Source: a virus
Lineage: Duplodnaviria > Caudoviricetes
Length of the DNA stretch: 58,946 nt
Reading direction: 5' to 3' (one strand)
IMG/VR virus record: IMGVR_UViG_3300017914_000046
Coordinates: 1 to 58,946 of that record
Shown: positions 1 through 10,400 of the stretch, one piece after another
How positions within the stretch are numbered: position 1 is the first letter of the stretch
How the letters are laid out: every line of letters starts with the position of its first letter
Made by a program: the position numbers and the translations under genes
The notes under the pieces: generated by a model
Databases searched by the model: none
What the model was told of the DNA's origin: nothing
The model's input: only the letters and a program-made list of their open reading frames with translations

Positions 1-3000
1 AAAAACCTTCGGGGAGAAGGTTCTATTATTATTGGATCTGAATATGATAAAGTAACAGTACCAACAGCTGTTATTAAGTATCCAGAAGGTAATAATAGAC
101 AGATATCCATAATGGAACTTATCAACAGGTCCAGCCTTGTTAAAGACTTTGACATACAAGATCTAAGAAAAACACAAAAAAGCCCCCCTGGATTTTTAAG
201 TGGTGTTAAAAAGAAACTAGGATTTGCCGAAGGTGGTTTAGCAGAATCTAAGGGTTTAGGTTGGGGCGAACTTATTGTTGATAACATCTTAGGTTTAGAC
301 AACGAGTATGAGTCTTTTGGTGAAAAGCTTGGTAAAGCTATCAATGAAGATGAAATTAAGTTCTTAAAAGATGCAGCTGTTGGTGTATACGAAGGTACTA
401 AAGAGTTTGTACAAGCACCAGTAGAGACTACTAAACAAGTAGTTAATGAAATTAAAGACAGTGTAACTAGACTTGGTTCTGAAGATTTAAACACTAGACT
501 CCAACGTATGTATGGTGTATCATACGAACAAGCTACTGATGAACAGGTAAACCAAGCCAGAGAAGCTGTACTAGGTGATGCACTTACTGCACTAGAGCTT
601 GTACCTGCAGCTAAGGTTACAACTACTGTAGCTGGTGCTGCAATTCCAAGTGGTCTTAAAGCGGATGTTGTAGGTCAAACTAAAGCTATGCTTTCTGGTG
701 ACAGAGAGTTCTTGTCTGGTACACCTTCAAATAGAGCCAGTACTCAGTCTCTTAGTGCAGGGTTTACTGGACAGAACCCACCTACTTACCTATTTAAAGA
801 TGAGCCACCATTTGACCCTGATGGAATTTACGGAACAGAAGAGGGTATCTTAAAATTTAGAGAGCCTATTGCAGAGTTTACACTCAATCTTACAAGAACT
901 AACTCTTTTCCTAGTAAAGGTATGACAGGAGCAGAGTTTTTAAGATTACTTGAAAAGAATGCTGAATCTATTCCTCCAAGTTCTTACAAAGAAGGACTTG
1001 TAGATAAAGATAAACGATATACTAGAGAAGAACTTTTAGATGCTGTAACTAAAAGTCCAGCGGGTTTGCCAGAATCTATCTACTATAACCTTGCAGATTT
1101 AGAGGCATCTCCCAACTTTAAAGGGTTTCAACGTCAATCTCAGGTAGGTTTTACAGGGTACCCTAGATATCCAGAAGACACTTCTTATTTTTCAATACCT
1201 ATCCTATCTCGCACATCAGGCAATACTTTTAAAGCTAACTCACAACACTTTGATGTAAATACAACAGCCCATGTTAGAGGTAGTTTTATAGACCCTATGG
1301 TTGGCTTTAGTGTTGATAAAACTATGAGTCCAGAGTTTAAAAGTATTGTCGGTAAGGATCGACCTTACTTATTAGTAGAAGAGATACAATCAGACCTTTT
1401 GCAAAAAGGTTACAGAAAACCTAAAAACTCTTTTGACTTTGCTTTTGACAGGGCTACAAGTGAAACTATGGCTGGTTCGCCAGTTACTTTTCAAGAAGTT
1501 TATGGTGATCTAACTAACGAGCTTAAAAGTTTGCTTAAGAGTCTTGAAAGTAAGGGTGTAGCAATGCCCGAAGAACCTGTAAGGTTGCAACTTCCATATA
1601 GAACAGGGGTTTTAAATCACCCTCAATTTAAAGACAGAAGAAGAAGAGATTTTATAGATGAACTTTACTCACCAGAGAGAGGCACTGTAGAAGATGTCAG
1701 ACTTGTAGAGTTCGAAGAAATTAAAGATTACATAGATAAACAAGGGGTAAATTCTAGTCATATCTATCAAGTTCTTAATGATATAAAGGATGGTGCTAAT
1801 AGGACTAGGTCTATAAATGATTTTGAAAGTGTAGCATTTGTAGGTCCAAATAATAAAGCTTATGACGACATAATTGTAAGATCTAAAGATCCACTTTCAG
1901 AAAATCCAATGTATATCATAGACACAGAGTCTGCAGCTTATGATGAGTTTTTAGAAGATTTTGATGAGTATACAAAAAAGTTTGGACTTAATTATAACGA
2001 TTTGGCAGATGCATACGACAAAGAGTTAGATAAATACTACGATGCTATAGACAAAGAAATAACGGATAGAAAATTAGACAAAGATGCAGTTGATGGTGCT
2101 TTCGTTAATGGTTTATACGAAAGATTTCTTGAAATTAAAAAAGATCAAAGATTACTAGGGGATGAGACTAACACTGCATTACCCCCAGTAAGAAAAAATA
2201 AACAGACTGTTGAAGAAGCACTAAAACTTCTTATTGCCAAAGCTGATCAAGAAGGTGTAGATAAAATTGTTATCCCACCTGCAAGTAAAATAGCAGAAGC
2301 TAGAGGTAGAACTATTGACCCTTCGGATAAAGGAGACAGGTTTTACAGAACCTATGTTGCAGACTTAAACAAAGCTTTAGAAGATTTAGAAAAAAATTAT
2401 CCTGTAACTATACACAGAGATGTAGAACTACCTTATAGAAGTCAAAATGAAATAGATAATGCTGGTCAAGCGGCAGCTAATGCTGCAGATGATGCTGCAA
2501 TAAACGATGATGACCTCTTTACTGTAGAAGAGGGTAATCAGTTTTTTGATTTACCTGAAGGTTTTTTTGACGATGTGCCTGATCAACAACCAGAAAACCT
2601 TGTAGAGATAACAGAACCTTTAGGCGACGAACTCCTTCCTCCAAGTAAAAGAAAAAAGTTAGTGAAGGTAGATCATAAAGGTATAATCATCGACATCTCA
2701 AAGTTAAGAGAACAGTTTCAAGTAGATAAACCGAGACAATTTGCCGAAGGAGGCACAGTAGACATGAATCAACAAATGAGTTTTGCATTCGAGGACGGTG
2801 GTCTTCGTGACGATGGAATGATGAGAGACCCTGTGTCAGGTAACGAAGTACCTCCAGGATCTACAGCTAAAGAAGTACGTGATGATATTCCTGCACAATT
2901 ATCTGAAGGAGAGTACGTAGTTCCTGCTGATGTCGTCAGATACTACGGTGTAAAATTCTTTGAGGATTTACGAGATGCTGCAAAAATGGGCTTGCAAGAT

Positions 3001-4242
3001 ATGGAAGCTCGTGGTAGAATTGGTGGTGAACCTGTTCCTGCTGGTGGTCCTATGAATGAGGATGACCTTACACCCGAAGAGTTAGCTGCCATTCAAGAGA
3101 TGATGGGTATGTCTGAAGGTGGTACTGTTGCAGGGTTTGCCCCAGGTGGTCTTCAAACTGACCAAGATTTCCTTGCTGCAGGTCAACAGGCACAACAAAA
3201 TCAATTTACAGGATTTCCATTAGGTGCTACAATGTTCCCTAGAGCAGAGTCTGGAGAGATAGAAGCTGTTCCAACAACACCCACTATTACTACTGAAGAA
3301 ACTGCAGAGTCTTGTGCAGCTAAAGATATGGACTATGATCCAGCAACTAAAACCTGTGTACCTAGAGCAGTAGCAACAACAACACCTGCACCTTCTAATG
3401 ATGATGATAGTCCAAGAGTAGAACCACCTAAGTGGCATGAAAAGTACGACTACGCTGACACAAATAAACTTGTATCTCAATCACTAGCAACACTTGGTGT
3501 TGATTCAGACACAGAGGAAAAAGAAACTCAGAATGCTCTCCAAAAAATAATGGGTAGTGTGGGTACTGGTATCGGCAGTTTCTTTGAAAACAACTTGGTG
3601 CTTGGTGGTATTATTAGGCAACAGAAAGTTGCAGAGGTCGCAGCCAATGCTCAACTACTTAGGGCACAAGGTAAGACAGATGAAGCTGAAATGTTAGAAA
3701 ATGCTATAGCAGGTTATAGAGATAAGCATAATATTAAACCAGATGGTTTCTTTGATTCTACAAAAACTCTTGCTAAACAACTAGCTGATAAGTATTCTGA
3801 TCTTACCTATGACGAAGAAAACGAGACTATCATCAAACCAGGTAGTACTACCACTAAACCGCCCACTCCTACTTCCACCCCTACTTCCACTCCTACTCCT
3901 ACGCCTACTCCTAAACCCACAAAAAGCCCAGCAACAGCTGCAGAATCTCTAGCAAAGCAAGCAAGTAACGCCGATAACGCTGCACAGTTAGCCGCCATTC
4001 AGAAAGCACAGAGTATTGCTCAAAAAGCTGCTGATGCTGGTACAAGTATTGCTGAACAAACTCAAACAGGTTCTGATGGCTATGGCTCCTCTTCTCAAGT
4101 AGAGGAAGAAACAGGTGGTCAAGGTGATCAAGGTCTTGGATCTGGCTGGGGTGGAATGAACAAAGGCGGTTTAATGGCTGGTAAACCAAAGACTAAAACA
4201 AAACGCCAATACAAAAAAGGCGGACTCGCAGGTAAGAAATAA
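1..4242 (+). CDS. C-terminal part of giant modular (polyvalent-type) virion protein, 5'-truncated
   Basis: Frame is open from base 1 (KNLRGEGSIIIG...), so ATG 112 is not the true start. Contains the carrier repeat after FAEGG (223), a domain with HF...AHVRG...LLVEEIQSD, a DDIPAQLSEGEYVVPADVV domain, a Pro/Thr linker and a basic C-terminus. Lies between portal and scaffold. Confidence 0.8.
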   Translation, partial: KNLRGEGSIIIGSEYDKVTVPTAVIKYPEGNNRQISIMELINRSSLVKDFDIQDLRKTQKSPPGFLSGVKKKLGFAEGGLAESKGLGWGELIVDNILGLDNEYESFGEKLGKAINEDEIKFLKDAAVGVYEGTKEFVQAPVETTKQVVNEIKDSVTRLGSEDLNTRLQRMYGVSYEQATDEQVNQAREAVLGDALTALELVPAAKVTTTVAGAAIPSGLKADVVGQTKAMLSGDREFLSGTPSNRASTQSLSAGFTGQNPPTYLFKDEPPFDPDGIYGTEEGILKFREPIAEFTLNLTRTNSFPSKGMTGAEFLRLLEKNAESIPPSSYKEGLVDKDKRYTREELLDAVTKSPAGLPESIYYNLADLEASPNFKGFQRQSQVGFTGYPRYPEDTSYFSIPILSRTSGNTFKANSQHFDVNTTAHVRGSFIDPMVGFSVDKTMSPEFKSIVGKDRPYLLVEEIQSDLLQKGYRKPKNSFDFAFDRATSETMAGSPVTFQEVYGDLTNELKSLLKSLESKGVAMPEEPVRLQLPYRTGVLNHPQFKDRRRRDFIDELYSPERGTVEDVRLVEFEEIKDYIDKQGVNSSHIYQVLNDIKDGANRTRSINDFESVAFVGPNNKAYDDIIVRSKDPLSENPMYIIDTESAAYDEFLEDFDEYTKKFGLNYNDLADAYDKELDKYYDAIDKEITDRKLDKDAVDGAFVNGLYERFLEIKKDQRLLGDETNTALPPVRKNKQTVEEALKLLIAKADQEGVDKIVIPPASKIAEARGRTIDPSDKGDRFYRTYVADLNKALEDLEKNYPVTIHRDVELPYRSQNEIDNAGQAAANAADDAAINDDDLFTVEEGNQFFDLPEGFFDDVPDQQPENLVEITEPLGDELLPPSKRKKLVKVDHKGIIIDISKLREQFQVDKPRQFAEGGTVDMNQQMSFAFEDGGLRDDGMMRDPVSGNEVPPGSTAKEVRDDIPAQLSEGEYVVPADVVRYYGVKFFEDLRDAAKMGLQDMEARGRIGGEPVPAGGPMNEDDLTPEELAAIQEMMGMSEGGTVAGFAPGGLQTDQDFLAAGQQAQQNQFTGFPLGATMFPRAESGEIEAVPTTPTITTEETAESCAAKDMDYDPATKTCVPRAVATTTPAPSNDDDSPRVEPPKWHEKYDYADTNKLVSQSLATLGVDSDTEEKETQNALQKIMGSVGTGIGSFFENNLVLGGIIRQQKVAEVAANAQLLRAQGKTDEAEMLENAIAGYRDKHNIKPDGFFDSTKTLAKQLADKYSDLTYDEENETIIKPGSTTTKPPTPTSTPTSTPTPTPTPKPTKSPATAAESLAKQASNADNAAQLAAIQKAQSIAQKAADAGTSIAEQTQTGSDGYGSSSQVEEETGGQGDQGLGSGWGGMNKGGLMAGKPKTKTKRQYKKGGLAGKK
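223..491 (+). repeat. Carrier repeat copy A (ungapped match to 58678-58946)
   Basis: 269 nt align without gaps; 364-491 is identical to 58819-58946; the earlier part differs almost only at synonymous sites. Confidence 0.95.
3847..3924 (+). repeat. Pro/Thr low-complexity linker
   Basis: Encodes TTTKPPTPTSTPTSTPTPTPTPKPTK; includes the tandem CCTACTTCCAC unit. Confidence 0.8.
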
Positions 4243-4283
4243 GGCTACCCAGCTACGGCTGGCCCCAACATAAGGAGAATATA

Positions 4284-5201
4284 ATGCCTGAACTAACAGA
4301 AGTAGAAGCACCAAAGACAGTAGGATTTGTTGACAGAGGTTATAACTACGAACGCAAACGTAAGCGTATTGAAGAAGAAGAAGAGGAGATTAAACGTCTT
4401 GAGGCCGAACAGCGTGGTGAACTTGAAACTAACGAAAGCGAACAAACAGAACAGCCAGAGTCAGAAGAAAGTGCCGAAACGAAAGAGGCCGATACAGAAG
4501 TTGAAGAAGCAACGTTATCTCCAGAAGAAAGATCTTTTAAAAAAAGATATGGTGATCTAAGACGCCATATGCAAGAAAAAGAAAAGGAATGGAACGAGAA
4601 GTTCGAAGCCTTTGAAAAACGCATGAAGAAGGATTCTATTGTTCCTCCCAAGTCTGATGAAGATATTGAAGAGTGGGCAAAAGAATACCCTGACGTAGCA
4701 GGTATCGTAGAAACTATTGCTGCTAAGAAAGCTCAAGAAATGTTTAGCAAAGCTGATGCTAGACTAAAAGAGTTAGATCAGGCACAAACAGAAGCACAAC
4801 GAGTAAAAGCGGAAAATCAAATTCGCAAGGCTCACGAAGACTTTGATGATCTTCGAGCTTCCGATGAGTTTCATAACTGGGCTGAAGAACAGCCTAAGTG
4901 GGTACAAGATGCACTCTATGAAAATGCAGATGATCCTGCATCAGTAGTACGTGTCATTGATTTGTACAAAGTAGATAAAGGCCTTACTAAAACTGCAAAG
5001 AAAGCTAAGGCTAAAGATGCAGCTTCTACAGTTACAAGACGTAGTAAAACGTCTGTAGATGTAGATGATGCAAGTGACACTATTCGTGAATCAGATGTAG
5101 CTAAAATGTCAGACAAAGAGTTTGAAGCTAGATCTGAGGAAATCAACAAAGCTATCCGTTCGGGTAAATTTGTTTACGATGTATCTGGCAATGCTAGATA
5201 A
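4284..5201 (+). CDS. Capsid scaffolding protein
   Basis: Very acidic coiled-coil protein directly upstream of the capsid gene; AAGGAG RBS. Confidence 0.7.
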   Translation: MPELTEVEAPKTVGFVDRGYNYERKRKRIEEEEEEIKRLEAEQRGELETNESEQTEQPESEESAETKEADTEVEEATLSPEERSFKKRYGDLRRHMQEKEKEWNEKFEAFEKRMKKDSIVPPKSDEDIEEWAKEYPDVAGIVETIAAKKAQEMFSKADARLKELDQAQTEAQRVKAENQIRKAHEDFDDLRASDEFHNWAEEQPKWVQDALYENADDPASVVRVIDLYKVDKGLTKTAKKAKAKDAASTVTRRSKTSVDVDDASDTIRESDVAKMSDKEFEARSEEINKAIRSGKFVYDVSGNAR

Positions 5202-5207
5202 AACCTG

Positions 5208-5238
5208 TTGACAATACTTTAATCAACAGTATAACTAT
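5208..5238 (+). promoter_or_regulatory. Sigma70-type promoter for capsid gene
   Basis: TTGACA (5208)-N16-TATAAC within GTATAACTAT; the same motif recurs at 48715, 52581 and 33483(-). Confidence 0.65.
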
Positions 5239-5446
5239 AGGCACAGAGACAAAAGCCTCTTTATGACTACCTTTTGTCTCAACCTAATTCATCAAAAAAG
5301 TCTAAAACTAAAAAGAACCACCTGTTTAAGTATAGGCCCAGTAGGTATACGGTAGCGCAACTGTGATCCATCTGCACCCTAGAAAAGGAACAGCCTCTTT
5401 GTAGGTGTTTAGCTTTGTTAAGCCAAATATCATGGAGGATTTTATC

Positions 5447-6520
5447 ATGGCTTTTACAACTGCAGGTGGCTACGGAAATTTACCAAACGGTAATTTCTCC
5501 AGCGTCATCTATTCCAAAAAGGTTCAGCTTGCCTTTAGAAAAAGCACAGTAGTTGGTGATATCACTAACTCTGATTATTTCGGTGAGATCAGTGCTCAAG
5601 GTGATACAGTGCGTATCATTAAAGAACCTGAAATTTCGGTCTCGTCTTATGCTCGTGGCACACAGATCACAGCACAAGACTTGGACGATGAAGACTTCTC
5701 TCTAGTTGTTGACAAAAGCAACTACTTCGCCTTCAAGGTCGATGATATCGAAGAAGCTCACTCACACGTAAACTTCATGGATCTTGCGACCAACCGTGCG
5801 GCATACCGCTTGGCTGACCAGCATGACCAAGAAGTTCTTGGTTACCTATCAGGTTATAAGCAGTCATCTTTGCATACGCAAGCTGATACTGTAAATGACA
5901 CTGTAAACGGTACTAAAGCAGTAGATACTGCAGGTTCAGACGAATTGCTATCTTCAATGAAGTTGAAGAAGGGTGACTTTGGTAACATCACAACTGCTTC
6001 TGCAGGTGACCACTCAATCCCAGTTGCAGCACGTCTACCAGGTGCAACAGCACTACCAACTGCTACGATTTCACCAGCAATGATGGTGGCTCGTATGGGT
6101 CGTCTACTTGACCAACAACAAGTTGACACTCAAGGTCGTTGGATCGTTGTTGACCCAGTATTCATGGAAGTACTTCGTGATGAAGACTCACGTCTATTCA
6201 ACGCAGACTTCGGTGAATCAGGTGGCCTACGTAATGGTCTAGTCTTGAACAACTTCCACGGTTTCCGTGTATATAGCTCAAGCAACCTACCATCAGTAGG
6301 TACTGGTCCTGCAACAACAGGTACAGCTAACCAAAACGCTAACTATGGTGTTATTGTTGCTGGACATGACTCAGCTGTTGCAACTGCCGAGCAGATCAAC
6401 AAAACTGAAACATACCGTGACCCTGACTCATTTGCAGACATTGTTCGTGGTATGCACCTATATGGCCGTAAGATTCTTCGTCCAGAAGCAATCACTACAG
6501 CTAAATATAACTTGGCGTAA
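5447..6520 (+). CDS. Major capsid protein (HK97 fold, P22 coat-like)
   Basis: GGAGG RBS before ATG 5447 (preferred to GTG 5405); motifs YFGEISAQGDTVRI and RDPDSFADIVRGMHLYGRKILRPE; strongly biased codon use. Confidence 0.9.
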   Translation: MAFTTAGGYGNLPNGNFSSVIYSKKVQLAFRKSTVVGDITNSDYFGEISAQGDTVRIIKEPEISVSSYARGTQITAQDLDDEDFSLVVDKSNYFAFKVDDIEEAHSHVNFMDLATNRAAYRLADQHDQEVLGYLSGYKQSSLHTQADTVNDTVNGTKAVDTAGSDELLSSMKLKKGDFGNITTASAGDHSIPVAARLPGATALPTATISPAMMVARMGRLLDQQQVDTQGRWIVVDPVFMEVLRDEDSRLFNADFGESGGLRNGLVLNNFHGFRVYSSSNLPSVGTGPATTGTANQNANYGVIVAGHDSAVATAEQINKTETYRDPDSFADIVRGMHLYGRKILRPEAITTAKYNLA

Positions 6521-6534
6521 GGGGGGATTGAATT

Positions 6535-6933
6535 ATGACACCTAACGGAATGCGTACAATCTCAGTAGAACTAAATGCAACAGATCTAGCATCTGGTGCA
6601 AACACAGTTGCTACTCTTCCTGCACAAACAGTTATCCTAGCTGCTGGCGTTGAAGTTACTGAAGCACTTACTGGTGCTACAGCTTTGACTTTCGACATTG
6701 GTACAGGTGCTGATGATGACGAGTTCGTTGCAGCATATGCAATGGCTGGTAAATCAGTTGGCGATGTTGCTCCTTCAGTACCAGGAGTAGCATATATCGG
6801 TGCAGAAGACACTTTGGACCTTACAATCGACACCCTAACAGGTACAGCTACTGCAGGTAAACTGCGTGTCTGGGCTTTGGTAATGGACGTTGATGGTAAA
6901 GGTGCAGCAGAAGTTGCTCGTGATCAAGTTTAA
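6535..6933 (+). CDS. Putative capsid decoration/minor capsid protein
   Basis: 132 aa Ala/Thr/Gly-rich protein between the MCP gene and a terminator. Confidence 0.5.
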   Translation: MTPNGMRTISVELNATDLASGANTVATLPAQTVILAAGVEVTEALTGATALTFDIGTGADDDEFVAAYAMAGKSVGDVAPSVPGVAYIGAEDTLDLTIDTLTGTATAGKLRVWALVMDVDGKGAAEVARDQV

Positions 6934-6945
6934 CTAAACTAAACT

Positions 6946-6982
6946 AAAGGGGCTGGTCAAGTACTGGCCCCTTTGTGCTTTA
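6946..6982 (+). terminator. Rho-independent terminator
   Basis: AAAGGGGCTGGT-CAAGT-ACTGGCCCCTTT hairpin followed by a T-rich tail. Confidence 0.7.
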
Positions 6983-6998
6983 AAAAGAGGATATACTC

Positions 6999-7436
6999 AT
7001 GGCAATTACTACAGCAATGTGTAACAGCTTTAAACAGGAATTACTGCAGGGTGAGCATGATTTAGACAACCACACATTGAAGGTTGCCTTGATTAAGGAT
7101 ACACCTACAGGAACCTATGGTGCTGCTACAACAAACTATTCTGACGTTACAGGTAATTCAGATGAAGCTACAGGTACTAACTACACTGCAGGTGGTCAAG
7201 CACTAGATAGCCCTACTGTTAGCCTTTCTGGTGGTGTGGCTTTCGTTGACTTTGCAGACGAAGTATTTAGCAACTTAACTATTTCTGCTGATGGTGCTAT
7301 TATCTACAACAGTAGTGTTAGCAACAAAGCTATTGCAGTCTTTGACTTTGGTAGTACAGTGACATCAACATCTGGTGACTTCACTATTGTATTCCCAACC
7401 AATGACTCTTCTAGCGCAGTAATACGTATTAGCTAA
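6999..7436 (+). CDS. Virion structural protein (tail/fibre associated)
   Basis: MAITTAMCNSFKQELL...AVFDFG type structural protein; position before the fibre gene. Confidence 0.55.
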   Translation: MAITTAMCNSFKQELLQGEHDLDNHTLKVALIKDTPTGTYGAATTNYSDVTGNSDEATGTNYTAGGQALDSPTVSLSGGVAFVDFADEVFSNLTISADGAIIYNSSVSNKAIAVFDFGSTVTSTSGDFTIVFPTNDSSSAVIRIS

Positions 7437-7452
7437 ATCCAAGGTATAAACA

Positions 7453-10400
7453 ATGGCATTAATTATTAAGGATCGTGTCAAGGAGATCACGACTACTACA
7501 GGTACAGGTGATGTATCTCTAGGAGGAGCCTCTGCGACATTTGACGCATTTCAAAGTGTCATGTCAAATGGTGATACAACCTTTTATGCCATTGTGCATA
7601 CCGCTTCAGGCACAGACGAATGGGAAGTAGGACTAGCTACGTGGAATACAGGTAACACCCTGACACGTACAACTGTCTATGCTGGCTCAAATGGTGCTTC
7701 TGCTGTTAACTTCAGCAGTGGTAACAAAGACATATTTATGACATACCCTGCAAGCAAAGCTGTTGTAGCAGGTGAGGATGTCACGTTTGCAGATGTTACT
7801 GCAACAGATATTACATCAACAGGTACAGTTACTCTTAGTGCTGATCCTAGCTCTTCATTGCAAGCTGCGACAAAGCAGTATGTAGATACGATTGCTGCAG
7901 CAGGTATTCACTACCATACACCTGTACGTGTTGAACATCCTAGTAACTTAAATGCTACATATAACAACGGTTCATCAGGTGTAGGTGCTACTCTTACTAA
8001 TGCAGGAACAAATGCTGCACTAGTATTAGACAATGTAAACATGGCACTTAATGACCGTGTACTTGTAGCCAATCAAACAGATCAAACACAAAACGGTGTA
8101 TATACTGTAACGACAGTGGGTGATGGCTCTACTGCGTGGGTACTTACACGTTCTACAGATACGGATACTGCAGGACCGTCTGACCCAAATGCGTTTGGTA
8201 AGGGTGATGCATTCTTTATCAAAGAAGGTGATACCAACGCAGGTCACCTAGACGTTCTCACTACTACAGGTACAATCGTATTTGGTACAACTAATATTGT
8301 ATTTAGTGAAGTAGCTGAAACATCTATCTATAGTGCTGGCACAGGTCTTACCCTAACTGGTACTACATTCTCTACTAACCAAGACATTAGCACATCAGCA
8401 AGCCCTACATTTAACAACATCACAGTTACAGGCACAGTAGATGGACGTGATGTCGCTACAGATGGTAGTAAGCTAGATGGTATTGAAGCAAATGCTACTG
8501 CAGATCAAACTGCTGCAGAGATCAAGACAGCTTATGAAAGTAACTCTGACACTAACGCATTTACTGATGCTGAACAGACTAAACTATCTGGCATAGAGAC
8601 AGGTGCTACAGGTGACCAGACTGCATCAGAGATACTTACAGCTATCAAGACAGTAGACGGTGCTGCATCAGGACTTGACGCAGACTTACTAGATGGACAG
8701 CAGGGCAGCTACTATCTTAACACAAGCACTACATTCAGTGGTGACGTAAGTGGTACTTACAACAACATAGTCGTAGCAAACGATAGTCACACTCATAGTA
8801 ACTATATCACAAGTAATGCTGCTGACACACTAGGTGCTATTCTTACTCTTAATACATCAGGCTACCTTTACGGCAGTGATAACTTCCCTCTGGTTCAAGT
8901 ATATGACAGCAACCAAGCTTATTTCGGCAGTACAAGCCGTGCTTATGTTACTCTTGCGAGTAGTTCTACAACAGGCGTTAGAGCAAGAGTAGGTACTACT
9001 TACTATACTATGTGGCACTCGGGAAACGATGGCTCTGGTTCTGGCCTAGATGCTGATACGGTTGATGGAATACAGGCAGCTAACTTTGCCCGTAGTGACA
9101 CAAGCGACACACTAAGCGGAGCTACTTACACATTTAATGCTAATAGCACTAATGTTAAGCTGTCTATGACAGGTCACGGTGGAGCCTCTGCTTATAATTA
9201 CTTCTTAAATGCATCCAATGACGGTGGGAACAGGGCAGTACACTTTGTAAATGGTACGACGAGAACTGCTGACGGTGGAGCTAACACGTACACTATTAGA
9301 AACGATGGCGGCACTTTAAGGCTAGGTAAATCCACCTATAACACAATTTTAGAAGGTTCTCTAATTAGCGCTACTGCACGGTTAGATGTTGACCAAGAGT
9401 TAAAAATTATAAACGGCGATGGATCAAATACCCATTTTAACTACACCAATGGTAGTGACAACTATATCCGTGGTAACATCACAACTATTGATACGGGTGT
9501 AGATTTAAACCAGAATAATCTTTACGATGTTGGTACACTAACAGCAACTACTATACGTGCTGGTGATGGTAATGACGGTAGGTTCTTCTCTGACACTAAC
9601 GGCAGAACCGCATTTGCAGATGGTGACTTTTATATCCAAACAAGTGTTGGTAACTTTTATAACTATGCTACAAATCAATACTTAGGTAATACTTCTGGCG
9701 ACAACATTTATGTTCGTGGCAACACAATCTCAGGTAATAGTTGGAGCATTACGGGTGCAGGTGTAGGAACATTTGGCACAGATGCTAGAGCACCTATCTT
9801 CTACGATAATGACAACACTGGATACTACGTTGATCCTTCAAGTACCTCTAATATCTATAACCTGCAGACCGCAAACCAAGTCGTTATTGGTGGTACGTTT
9901 AGTAACAACAGCTATAATTCAGTAAGTAGTACACGTTTGACGTTTGGTGGAGCAGCACAAATAAATGACTACTTTATAGGTACGAACTTAAATAATTATG
10001 GCGGGAATTATACTAAACTTGATTTAAGGTGGCATACTGGTATCCGTATGGGTGCGCAACAACAGTATGGTGGTGTGCGTATCTTTGATAGTGAAGATGT
10101 TGGGACTAGACTGTTTTCTGTGGCTGAAGGGGATGCTCATGTAAGGGTTACCAACACCCTTTATGCAGCAAACTTCTACGACATAAACAACACAGCTTAC
10201 TACGTTGATCCTAACAGTACAGGTACTTCAATTAATGTTAGGGGAGTAATACAAAACCCATCTGTTTGGATAAACGATGGTGACAACTACAATGACTACA
10301 ATGAAAACATCCGTCTGTTTGCGCCATCAGGTAACGGTGTTGCTGTTATTGCGTTCAGAGCATCGGGAACAGCAGGTTTACCTGACAGTTCAATATTAGG

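Noticed and set aside
112-114. ATG 112 as start of the 1376-aa ORF
   Set aside because: No upstream in-frame stop and no RBS; the frame is open from base 1.
223-491. Diversity-generating retroelement TR/VR pair
   Set aside because: Differences are mostly synonymous and not adenine-specific; no reverse transcriptase is present.
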